A stretch of DNA of 64,000 nucleotides from positions 1 to 64,000 of the forward strand of contig NKIB01013073.1 of assembly GCA_002256025.1 (NCBI GenBank), written 5' to 3'. Both the position numbers and the translations under genes were made by a program. Positions 35,801 through 44,019 of the stretch are shown piece by piece; position 1 is the first letter of the stretch; the number at the start of each line of letters is the position of its first letter. This DNA is from Asterionella formosa. Taxonomy: Eukaryota. A model generated the notes under the pieces. That model was not told the DNA's origin, did not search any database, and worked only from the letters and a program-made list of their open reading frames with translations.

Positions 35801-35943
35801 GACGACAGCGATTCCCGATAGGCGATGGCACTTTCTTCTATTTCCCATTGTTCGCTGTCGCTCTCTTCTTCGCTGCTTTTGTTATTACTTGTACCAGGAG
35901 TGGGACGAAATGTTTTTCGTAAGAAGCTTAAAAGGCCACTCAT
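32869..35943 (-). CDS. POT1: Protection of telomeres 1 (POT1)-like OB-fold protein with ~470-aa N-terminal extension (1024 aa)
   Basis: OB1 VNVIGVVLGFGAPSMTRRSQWMISLSIVDDSL...VFSNHREGLPVVHQAGDVLRL...QVYN; OB2 FLRIWDGT...PGKFVRLRN; C-terminal OB YQFVIYLEDDTAEIEA. Confidence 0.82.
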   Translation of the reverse strand: MSGLLSFLRKTFRPTPGTSNNKSSEEESDSEQWEIEESAIAYRESLSSYVDQLLSVASMDFEENADAATGTDDFSDEEEVTTYDEWRFQRNRLLTEFVIQRLVNNDPESDIEEDENISSGEEDTQGVSQELQTQQLDYIEPDFLDTPIKTRRNKRTIPHVDQTLHHVTTVSGMDLDTKSISLNLCRVERVWKLRETRRCEHYTSTPDMPQHIDPHLPLPFFPFGHSEDDGPLQTVFKTVLSMEVNQLDDPDQEKIRQTSLQAFSEAKLYRRVMVFFHNKYAMAIQAFLDKACNIGRIMISLDNIPAKCIFPYHAKRDSFFDQDIAKYCIVIGEKSSLRLSLQVGSGDRRLIYFSDDDMEIQLGVWDNDGMHTEIVLNSATVMGTGQRERIQATTLQSRYDVWEDLHQKDRRKNHLPHVALGPIEAGGQRIANLEPHYPHVARPTVAASPYVTNTRPAQGNNTGRSPKRLKTLMTYHKLNELEDLYNSRMDTKFLSVNVIGVVLGFGAPSMTRRSQWMISLSIVDDSLPLPGAAQPNQDMDSLDEGIAVITLCVFSNHREGLPVVHQAGDVLRLKCVGVQVYNNQIQLLASSGRGSSIVVVRPKGTQHSAGEWQLEASPDTVFQADDVALFQQQWNWGQKRLLSHPTMRVVSRFRVADIGHLPINSETGLQDAIVMVTSMFEAHSVHDGRESMLPRGFLRIWDGTGPPQSEKLPIATAEANEAVLHGEPPSAVIGCLATLVHEMDEDGEDPIEPPKSLCGKVANLAIWEDPHWDLVMKTLRPGKFVRLRNISQGELFPGLEILMVQSKSWLTPVPDKTFEVRQLLREHDERILRGDPFNPQSGVMPLEETDLMQAFQGVNGMSGNGVTAAPSSPAVVAAIGAGQILHDAEELRPDTIKKCISEPSPMILTPSFRITKVAPNTDDKVGLRDLCVIRNNGVRRYQFVIYLEDDTAEIEALGEDLVGLALFGIDADAAYSLDPHEASKLVDSIRQPNCLWSGVIRSVEVNGAKFFVLLSVSKLDSESA

Positions 35944-36350
35944 CGTAGAATTGCCTGCTTGCTGTTGCGGTTCATCTGTGTGTCTGCAGGAACAGACTGT
36001 ACTTTGTCAATATAACAAAACAAAAGAACCTACCGGTAGTAGGGTATAAGAATTTGGAAGGGATTTTTGTGCAAGAAACCAAGAAATAGTTTTCAGTGAG
36101 GTACACCTGGTACTATCGTTGGCACAAACGAGGAGACAGCACCTGGAGTAGGTAACCTTGCTGGTATTCCTGATGTTACCTGCCTGGTACCTGGTAACAG
36201 GTACCAATCTGTAGTGCGATACTACAGGACCTGGTAAATGTAGTAATATAACTAATAATCCATGTAGACTAGACTACCTCTAATATATACTGGATTTGCT
36301 GTGCATATTCTGCTGCATTTTATATGCCGGTACTGAGGGGTACCATTAGG

Positions 36351-36443
36351 TGCAAGTTGCGGTCATTTTGCTTAAATAATCAATTTAATATGGGATAAAA
36401 ATAAGCTATATATTTAGTTTCAGCACATTTACCGCAGCTTGCA
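36351..36443. mobile_element. Small MITE-like element (93 bp) with 21-bp imperfect TIRs
   Basis: TGCAAGTTGCGGTCATTTTGC (36351) versus the reverse complement of 36423-36443, TGCAAGCTGCGGTAAATGTGC (17/21), around an AT-rich core. The 20-mer GCAAGTTGCGGTCATTTTGC also occurs at 12966. Confidence 0.6.
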
Positions 36444-37104
36444 GGATTACATGGTAATCAGGTATCTGGACCTGGTACTGGTACCTGGTACCAGCAAGTG
36501 CGTGGCGGCAATTTTGTTTCTTCGTGTACCGGTACAACGTAGGTAGGTACCTGGTACTCACTCCCAAAACAACCGACAAACATTTCCGGACTCGGCAGCC
36601 GTTACGGAATCAATGTATGAAACTTCTAACGGCTCGCGCCCGCAGGCCGTATAATGACGACTGGACAAAATTTGATAAATTCAGATAATCATAAATGGAC
36701 AAAACAGGTTCTGACGAATTGTAATTTTGGGTTAAAGTTTTTGGGGATTATACCGGTAGTTTAAGCAAATGGACCACTTTCAGCAAATCTACTTGAACCA
36801 AAACCACTTCAAGCAAAACGAACAACAACGGGTACCGGTACCTGGTAGTCCAGAATCCTGATGATCGGTCGTACCGACAGTAATTTTCAAACCAAATCCC
36901 AACGACTGCCAAGAATGCATCAGGGACCACAATGCCCGTATCTACCCTACCTGTACCTGGTACCATGTACCAGGTACCGTAGTCTACCACGCATACCGGT
37001 ACCTGACATGCCTGTTCCTGCGAACGAGAATTGAAAGCAGACGAGACGAACCTGATAACAGAACAGAAGAACAAAGAAACATACAACAACAGCCGACGAC
37101 CATC

Positions 37105-39999
37105 ATGTCAAGAAGGCACTCTCCGCTCCCCTTCGCCTCGCCAGTCCCTTCTTTGTCGTCACTTCCACATGATGACGAGGAATCCCCGGCTTGGCTGGAT
37201 GAGCCGCTCTTTCACGAGAACGGAAGCGTTCCTCCTGTCGACAGTTCCTTTTGGGAAGCCATATGGTCGTCGTCGTCGTCTCCGCCACGACTCAAGCCGG
37301 TGCAGCTACGCTTGGCTCCCAATGAGTCCAGACTAGCGAGAATATGGAGCCAAGCCATGGACTATAGCAAAGTGACGCTCTTGGTGGCGGCCATTTGCCT
37401 CTTGTGGCCCCTGGGGGTGTGGAGTTTCAGGGAATTCACGCACAGCACGGACAGTACGTTTCACCCCATTCCGGGATCCCTTTCGGCACAGGCACAAGCA
37501 GCATTTACCAAAGCATATCCGAATGATTGGTCAGATCCCATGCACCCCGTTTTGGTGCTGGTCTTGGAGTCGACGAAGAACGAATCCCTGTTGGATTCAA
37601 CGAATGACAGCTACAATCGCACCAGGGTGTTTTGTCAGGGACTCCAGCTTGCCATCAACTCGACTTGCTGGAAAACGGCATTTGATAGTGATTGTGCAAC
37701 GGAGGATTGGATCAAGGTCACTACCTATTTCGACCTTCATGATGTACAACTAGAATATTTAGCGCAAAGCCTGACGGCCTCGAGGGGGAGAACCGCACTG
37801 ATCGAGGTTCAATACTTGTTGTCAGCTAACGCTACGCACCACCGAGAGCGCGTCAATCAAATTATGAATGTGCTGAAAAATTACGGAGACGCGAACGCGG
37901 ATGATGCGTTCTTCAATGTTTCCTACACAGGTCTTCAATGGTTTCAATCGGACTTGATGAAGGAGACTCAATCAGACTTGGCCAAGATGGATGCCATTGT
38001 CCTTCCACTTGCCTTGATCCTTGTGGGAGTGGTCCTGCCCAGAGCGCATCCGGCATTTGTATGGATCATACCATTGATCACCATGATTACTACTGTATGC
38101 GCGTGGTCGAGCATTTTGCGCATCATTGCCAAGACTATGCAAATCACGCAATTCACGCCAAGTATCATGATGAGTTTGACGTTAGGCATGGGTATTGACT
38201 ATACCCTTTTTCTTCTTTCAAGATATTTAGAAATTAAGAATGACAAGTCGATGGCTATTCGACACATGATTCAGCACGGGGGTCAAGTCGTTTTGATGTC
38301 TGGCTTGACTCTCATGTGCACGTTCTTGGGACTTGTGTTTTTGCCCTTGCAAATGCTCAAGTCGGTGGGGATTGGAGCTGCTGTTTCAATTGGTTGTGCC
38401 TTGGTCGTCAACTTGACCCTCGTTCCTGTACTGCTACATACAAAGTTGGGAGACTGGATCATTTTACAAAGGGGAAATGTTGAACAGCAAACGGTTGTCA
38501 GTACCCCTGACCTGGTGCCACCATCATCGATCTGGTATCGTCTCTCAACTCATTTGTTACACCCATACAAGTCAGTGATTATTATTCTTGTTATTGTTCA
38601 GCTACTCTTGCCAGTTGCTCGCTATGCTGGCGATATTAAAACGTCAATAAGTTTTGATCTCTTGTTGCCTTCAAAAGCGCCTTCGTTGCGTACTTTCCAC
38701 TCTTTGAGTCGTAAAGTAGGCGCGGGTCGCATGGCACCCTTTCGGATTCTATTTGATGGAACCGATGCCAACATTAACATTACTTCCGACCTTGGTTTTG
38801 ATATAATGCACCGAGTCATCGATGAATTCATTGCGATTGATTCGCTCAGCACAAATGGAATTACTCATATTGCTACTGGATTTGATGAAGTTCAACCCAT
38901 GGTGGATGATTTGATGGACACCTTGGGCATTTCAGTACGCGCGAAAGAAAAATTAAAGGAACAAGAGGAAAAGGGTATCATTTGCTTGGACGATGTACCG
39001 GCAGACACTCAGTATGCTGGTATCGCTGTATTGAAGAATAAAGCAATACCGCATTCGCTATACATTTCAGCCAAGTATTGCGCGAAGATCAAACCATATT
39101 GCCCAATCGAAGCGTTACATCTTTTGGAGTATGTAGATTCCATGGCAACCTCTCAAGACGAAGTCGCTACCTTTGTCAATGCGATTTTGAGCGTTGATCC
39201 GTTTTCTGACCAAGGAGTTGCATGGTTGAAGAATGCAAGAGCTACACTAGATCGATTGGAACGCGGGGGAGCTCTTGGTGGTGTCAAGGTATTCATTCAA
39301 GGTAGCGCTGCTGTTGCCAACGATGCAGTTGACTCAGTCTTGCATACCTTCCCTTTCGTTATTTGTGTCACAATGGGAGTGGTCTTTGTCTTGATGGGCT
39401 GCTACTTTCAGTCGTTCGTGGCTCCGCTGCGAAGCATTGTGAGTATTAGTTTGACTCTAGCCTTTGTGTTTGGCCTAGTTGTGTTGGTCTACGAACATGG
39501 CATTTTAAACTGGACCGGCGTTTCTTCGTGGTCGTCCGCCAGTGCTGAAATATCGTGGTTGGTTCCAGTCATGGCCTTTAGCATAATTGTGGGACTGGCA
39601 CTGGACTACGATGTTTTTCTTGTCAGTCGAATTCTGGAATTCCGAACCGAAGAAGGTTATGACCACAAATCGTCCATTGTGGCTGGTCTCCATGCGACTG
39701 GAGGAATAATTACGGCGGCTGGCCTAATCATGGCGGTTGCATTCGGTGGCCTCATGCTCAGCTCGTCCCCTGTATTATATCAGTGGTCCTTTATGATTAC
39801 AACTGCTGTCCTTCTGGATACGTTTGTCATTAGAACCATGGTGGTTCCCATTATAACTTTATGGACTGGGAATTACTCATGGTGGCCTCAGTCCATACCC
39901 GAGAGTAGGATTCATGTGAATGGCTTTGAAGATGAGCAGCGACTTCCATTGGATGGAGTCGACTCAGCACCGCTTTTGGTTGGGCCACAAACTCCTTAA
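37105..39999 (+). CDS. MMPL-family (RND superfamily) membrane transporter (964 aa)
   Basis: Two repeats, each a large soluble loop plus TM bundle, with signatures LGMGIDYTLFLLSRY and GLALDYDVFLVSRILE; TGGIITAAGLIMAVAFGGL; LLDTFVIRT.VVP. Intronless. Confidence 0.92.
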   Translation: MSRRHSPLPFASPVPSLSSLPHDDEESPAWLDEPLFHENGSVPPVDSSFWEAIWSSSSSPPRLKPVQLRLAPNESRLARIWSQAMDYSKVTLLVAAICLLWPLGVWSFREFTHSTDSTFHPIPGSLSAQAQAAFTKAYPNDWSDPMHPVLVLVLESTKNESLLDSTNDSYNRTRVFCQGLQLAINSTCWKTAFDSDCATEDWIKVTTYFDLHDVQLEYLAQSLTASRGRTALIEVQYLLSANATHHRERVNQIMNVLKNYGDANADDAFFNVSYTGLQWFQSDLMKETQSDLAKMDAIVLPLALILVGVVLPRAHPAFVWIIPLITMITTVCAWSSILRIIAKTMQITQFTPSIMMSLTLGMGIDYTLFLLSRYLEIKNDKSMAIRHMIQHGGQVVLMSGLTLMCTFLGLVFLPLQMLKSVGIGAAVSIGCALVVNLTLVPVLLHTKLGDWIILQRGNVEQQTVVSTPDLVPPSSIWYRLSTHLLHPYKSVIIILVIVQLLLPVARYAGDIKTSISFDLLLPSKAPSLRTFHSLSRKVGAGRMAPFRILFDGTDANINITSDLGFDIMHRVIDEFIAIDSLSTNGITHIATGFDEVQPMVDDLMDTLGISVRAKEKLKEQEEKGIICLDDVPADTQYAGIAVLKNKAIPHSLYISAKYCAKIKPYCPIEALHLLEYVDSMATSQDEVATFVNAILSVDPFSDQGVAWLKNARATLDRLERGGALGGVKVFIQGSAAVANDAVDSVLHTFPFVICVTMGVVFVLMGCYFQSFVAPLRSIVSISLTLAFVFGLVVLVYEHGILNWTGVSSWSSASAEISWLVPVMAFSIIVGLALDYDVFLVSRILEFRTEEGYDHKSSIVAGLHATGGIITAAGLIMAVAFGGLMLSSSPVLYQWSFMITTAVLLDTFVIRTMVVPIITLWTGNYSWWPQSIPESRIHVNGFEDEQRLPLDGVDSAPLLVGPQTP

Positions 40000-40091
40000 A
40001 CATTGAGTTCAACAGAATTAATGATTATTCGTTAGGACATAGTCTACTTCCTATATTAAATTTTTTGAAAAGATCCCATCAGAACTTTTTA

Positions 40092-41021
40092 TTAATTCTC
40101 GTTCAATATTTCGTCGTCAGCAGGAGTCGGAGCACTCGCTTTAATGTTACGATCATACATACTTCTCTTTGGAAAATTACAAACATCCTTGTACCAAGAT
40201 TTAGAAAAAGACAGAACAAGAATTGGCCGATTTTCAGCCAACGAAACATTCGCCTTGCCCCGATGCAAGAGTCGATAATCAAACACCATTGCATCCCCCA
40301 GGATGAGTTCTGGCGTAACGGGTGGCCGCAAGGTTCGATTTGCCTTGGCGGCTAACATCATGGGTGCCAATTTTCGTGTATGATAATGAGTTCCGGGTCG
40401 TACTTCGGTGGGTCCTAATTGTAGTGGCACGTCCCGGAGGGGTAGAAACACATTCAATACATGACAGGGAGCATGGTGATGCAAATACACGTGTCCACCA
40501 TCCGCGTGCCAGGCTTGTTCGGGTGCTCCCGGTGTCGCCACAACCAAGGATACATGACACAATTGCAGGTCTGTCAGTAAGTTGACATCGAGCAATGAAG
40601 GAATGATGGTGGAAAGTCGAGTGGATGTAATCATTTCCAAGGAGGGTCGATCGGGGCAATCCAACAAACTGAACTCATATCGCCCAGGACTTCGCATGAC
40701 AACTTGTCGAAATCCATGTTTGACACCGCATTGGATGGCATATGCATTTCTGGAGTGACAATAATGAGTGGGAAAGTCAGTATATCCATGGTCGTAGAGA
40801 GTCTGAAAGCATCGTGCTACGTAGGTATCACTGAATTGAATCCATTCCTGGAGAGACTCCGGTGGAACGAGGTGGGAAAGGCAAACAAAGCCGTCCTTGT
40901 GAAATTGACTTGTTATTGTTTCCTGGTCTTCTGGGTTGAGAAAAGTGACAGTCGTCTTTGGTGTAACATTCGTGATGGTGGCTTGCGATGGCGGCGGCGG
41001 CGTTGTCGCCTCAATCATCAT
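40092..41021 (-). CDS. Phytanoyl-CoA dioxygenase (PhyH)-family Fe(II)/2-oxoglutarate dioxygenase
   Basis: FHKDGFV, PGAPEQAWHADG (HxD), GPTEVRPGTH, GDAMVFDYRLLHRGKAN, NRPIL. ATG 41021. Confidence 0.9.
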   Translation of the reverse strand: MMIEATTPPPPSQATITNVTPKTTVTFLNPEDQETITSQFHKDGFVCLSHLVPPESLQEWIQFSDTYVARCFQTLYDHGYTDFPTHYCHSRNAYAIQCGVKHGFRQVVMRSPGRYEFSLLDCPDRPSLEMITSTRLSTIIPSLLDVNLLTDLQLCHVSLVVATPGAPEQAWHADGGHVYLHHHAPCHVLNVFLPLRDVPLQLGPTEVRPGTHYHTRKLAPMMLAAKANRTLRPPVTPELILGDAMVFDYRLLHRGKANVSLAENRPILVLSFSKSWYKDVCNFPKRSMYDRNIKASAPTPADDEILNEN

Positions 41022-42195
41022 CGTCGCATGCTGCGGTAGTATTGTACAACTACTACCAGTAAGCAATTCTCCAAATGATTCTCGTACGGTGGTATGATAC
41101 CGGCAGGTACTGCTGGTAAATTCAAAGTATACCTGGTATCCTACTCCAGTACCGTAGCTGGTACCCTGGTAGCACCGGGTACCGTACCTGGTAGTTTAGC
41201 ATTGTATGTAGGTATGTAGTGAGGATGTTAGTACCTGGTACTGATTTGCTTATTACATGGCTGACGACACACACATGATGTTCACTGTTCACTCATCATC
41301 TTGCTTTGCACCTTGTACGCACTTTTTTGTCTTGCGCGCACATCCCATTACACCGACCAGAGCTACCGGTATGATGATTTCTACTTTCCACTACCTGGTA
41401 CAGTAATGTGTGCATGGATACCGTGTAATTTTGAATACGTATGTAAGCGCCGTTGGGGTTGAGAGGTCACTTTTTAGCTACTCCACCTATTTGATGACAT
41501 GACGGTAGTTTTCCGGTTTTTCCTCAGTATTCAATAGTAGTTGAGGGGTATGAAAAGAGACGGCAATGACGATGAGATGATGAGCATGCAATAGTGAAAG
41601 GTGGTTGTAGTGAGTTGTTCAGGATTATTGTATCACTATTAAAGCTTCCCAGGTTGTGGATCTTGGACCAGAAGTTGACGAGCAAAGCACAGAGAATACA
41701 AAGCCATTGTAGGAAGCCTTTTGCCGAATTGTTACCCGATGCATTGCATTCCACACAAGATTTCTAGGTGGTGACAGTTTCTGACAAAAACACTGGTAGT
41801 TCTTACAAATTTGGGTGTTCTATGGGTAGTTTATTAATTGCGTCCAGATGATGATACCCACATCCAACATACATATTTGCCAAAACTAGTTGTAACCAAA
41901 CAGCTATCGTATCAGTTTCTAAGTCAACTCATAACTCCTCATGAATGTATGTAATCCTCTACAGATTGTAACATAATCGCTGATTTTGCGATGCCAGTTA
42001 TACTGTGCCAAAAGGGCTGCCGCTAAAATGTCAACCCAGCGCAATACTAATTGCACTATATAGCTCCTGAATTATCTTAGGTTCGCTCTATTCCTGAAAT
42101 TTGCAATTCAATTAATTTTTATCGCCGATTCTATTCATTTCTTTTCCAACATGCACGCTCATCATCATCATGCTTTCATTTGAATTCGCATGCAC

Positions 42196-43002
42196 TTACT
42201 CAGTAAAGGCAGCTGGGTACAACAATGGCCCAACCAAATCCTTCAAGGTGTCCATAATAAAAACGGCACACACCATACGGCCATAACGATAACTTGCACC
42301 TCTGTAAAATCCAGATAACCCAGAGTCCCCGTAAATCTTCTTGGCGGTATTGGTAAAGGTTCCATAAGTCTCGCGCTCAATATCCCCCTGCATGCAAGTC
42401 TTGACCGTATCGAAAGGATGTGTCAGGTAGCATCCGACGGCAGCACCCAAGAGAGCTGCTGGAATCCTCGCCTTTTCTTTTGAATTGAAGGTGGAGGGGT
42501 ACGATTCCATCAAGTTGCGTCGGACAATGGGAGGGATGGACAAGTATCCACAAGTCCAGAGGGCTTCACGGACCATGGCCCCAATGAGCCCTCGGTATAC
42601 GTTGGAGGGAGTCGCGATAGTCTTGATGGTGGCCAAAGTCGAATTTCCCTTACGCTGCTGTTGAATCATGACAAGCTCCAGTGGCGATCCTACCAGGGCT
42701 GAGACGGAACCGGCGATGACACCGGTCCCCATTTCTTCCCAGGGTTTCAGCTGTCGTGTCGTTCCTCCGGTGACAACATTCTTTAAGCTTCCGCCGACGG
42801 CGAACTGAATCATGGTGCAGGATCCCATGTTGACGCAGTTGGCTCCGACACCTCGGTACATGACGGTAGGCGACAAGGAGATGGGCTGCTTCTGTTGGAC
42901 CATGTTCTTGCAGTAGTTGAAGGGCTGCAGGATCAGCACTTCAATGACGCCGACGGTCATGCCCACTGTGGCGTTCTGGAGTTCATTTAGGTTGGCGGAC
43001 AT
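42196..43002 (-). CDS. Mitochondrial carrier family (SLC25) protein
   Basis: Three carrier repeats with Px[D/E]xx[K/R]-type signatures QPFNYCKN, SPLELVMI and HPFDTVKT; GFYRG. Confidence 0.93.
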   Translation of the reverse strand: MSANLNELQNATVGMTVGVIEVLILQPFNYCKNMVQQKQPISLSPTVMYRGVGANCVNMGSCTMIQFAVGGSLKNVVTGGTTRQLKPWEEMGTGVIAGSVSALVGSPLELVMIQQQRKGNSTLATIKTIATPSNVYRGLIGAMVREALWTCGYLSIPPIVRRNLMESYPSTFNSKEKARIPAALLGAAVGCYLTHPFDTVKTCMQGDIERETYGTFTNTAKKIYGDSGLSGFYRGASYRYGRMVCAVFIMDTLKDLVGPLLYPAAFTE

Positions 43003-43715
43003 GTTAATATCTATGCTACTGAGCTGAGGGTGCTATACGTCTAAGTCTACGGAATGGAATTCAATGAGTGTCGGCAAATGAAACTAAGTGAATTGGAGGT
43101 TATGTGACAAGCTATTTTTGTCAATGTATATCCTGCTTTTGCACCTCCAAACCCACATTGCTTTTTGGTGCTGTTCGAAAGTACATCACCCCCATGTATG
43201 CCGTACGCAACATTACATCAAAAAATAATAGCCTAGCAAGCGAACGCACAGGCACGGAAATCATTTGTAACCATATACTGCACCATGTTCCAGGTATCCG
43301 GCATGTTATATGATTACGAGGAGTAGGCAACACAACCAGGTACCAGTACCACCAGCATCGTCTATACCAGGTACCAGGTGCATGTAATTCCGTGTAGAAA
43401 CGTGATGACCGATAAAAAATAGTCAAGGAGTTGATAGCTAGGTAGTCTGGTATATAACGTATAAGATGGGCCTAAATGTATGGCCACTTGGAACTGGAAG
43501 GAGTACCGGAAGTACCCCAGACACTTCACCAAGGGCAGGTACCCTGGTACCAGGTACCAGGTACGCACCAATGGAACAGTCAACGTCAATGGGCCGAGGT
43601 CGAAAAGAGAGCAGGAGCTTCCTCAAGTCCTGTTTCATTTTCACTTAAAAAAATACAGAATAAAGATGCTGTCTTGCTCCTAAGCACTATGAGGAATATG
43701 TCATTGGAAGATTTT

Positions 43716-44004
43716 TGTTGGAGAAATATTTTAGGAAAGAAAATCCCGGTATAAATTACCTACTACATATTGAGGAATCGAATGAATCAAAAAGAATACC
43801 GGTATGGTACCAGAGAAAACTCAGAATTCGAAAACAATCTAGCTACATCAACAGTAGTAAAACCCATAATTCTACTAAAACTTTTAGGAACGATTACAAT
43901 CGATTACTGCAACATCGTTGTTCATATCTTCAGCCTATTTGGTCCCTGACGTGTCCTTACAGGATACAAGAAAGCATAGAGTGCTTCGGGACACAATTTC
44001 AACA
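43716..44004 (+). repeat. 5' LTR (289 bp)
   Basis: TGTTGGAGAAAT...AATTTCAACA. Differs from the 3' LTR by 7 substitutions and 4 short indels (manual alignment). Confidence 0.96.
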
Positions 44005-44019
44005 GTTTTAGTAGAATTA
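44004..44019 (+). other. Primer-binding-site position, complementary to the element's own LTR
   Basis: AGTTTTAGTAGAATTA is the exact reverse complement of TAATTCTACTAAAACT (43867-43882 and 48198-48213). No TGG start as expected for a tRNA 3'-CCA primer. Confidence 0.75.

Noticed and set aside
43867..44019. Resemblance of TAATTCTACTAA / GTTTTAGTA to Cas12a/Cas9 direct repeats
   Set aside because: No array or cas gene; fully explained as the LTR-internal sequence and its complementary PBS.
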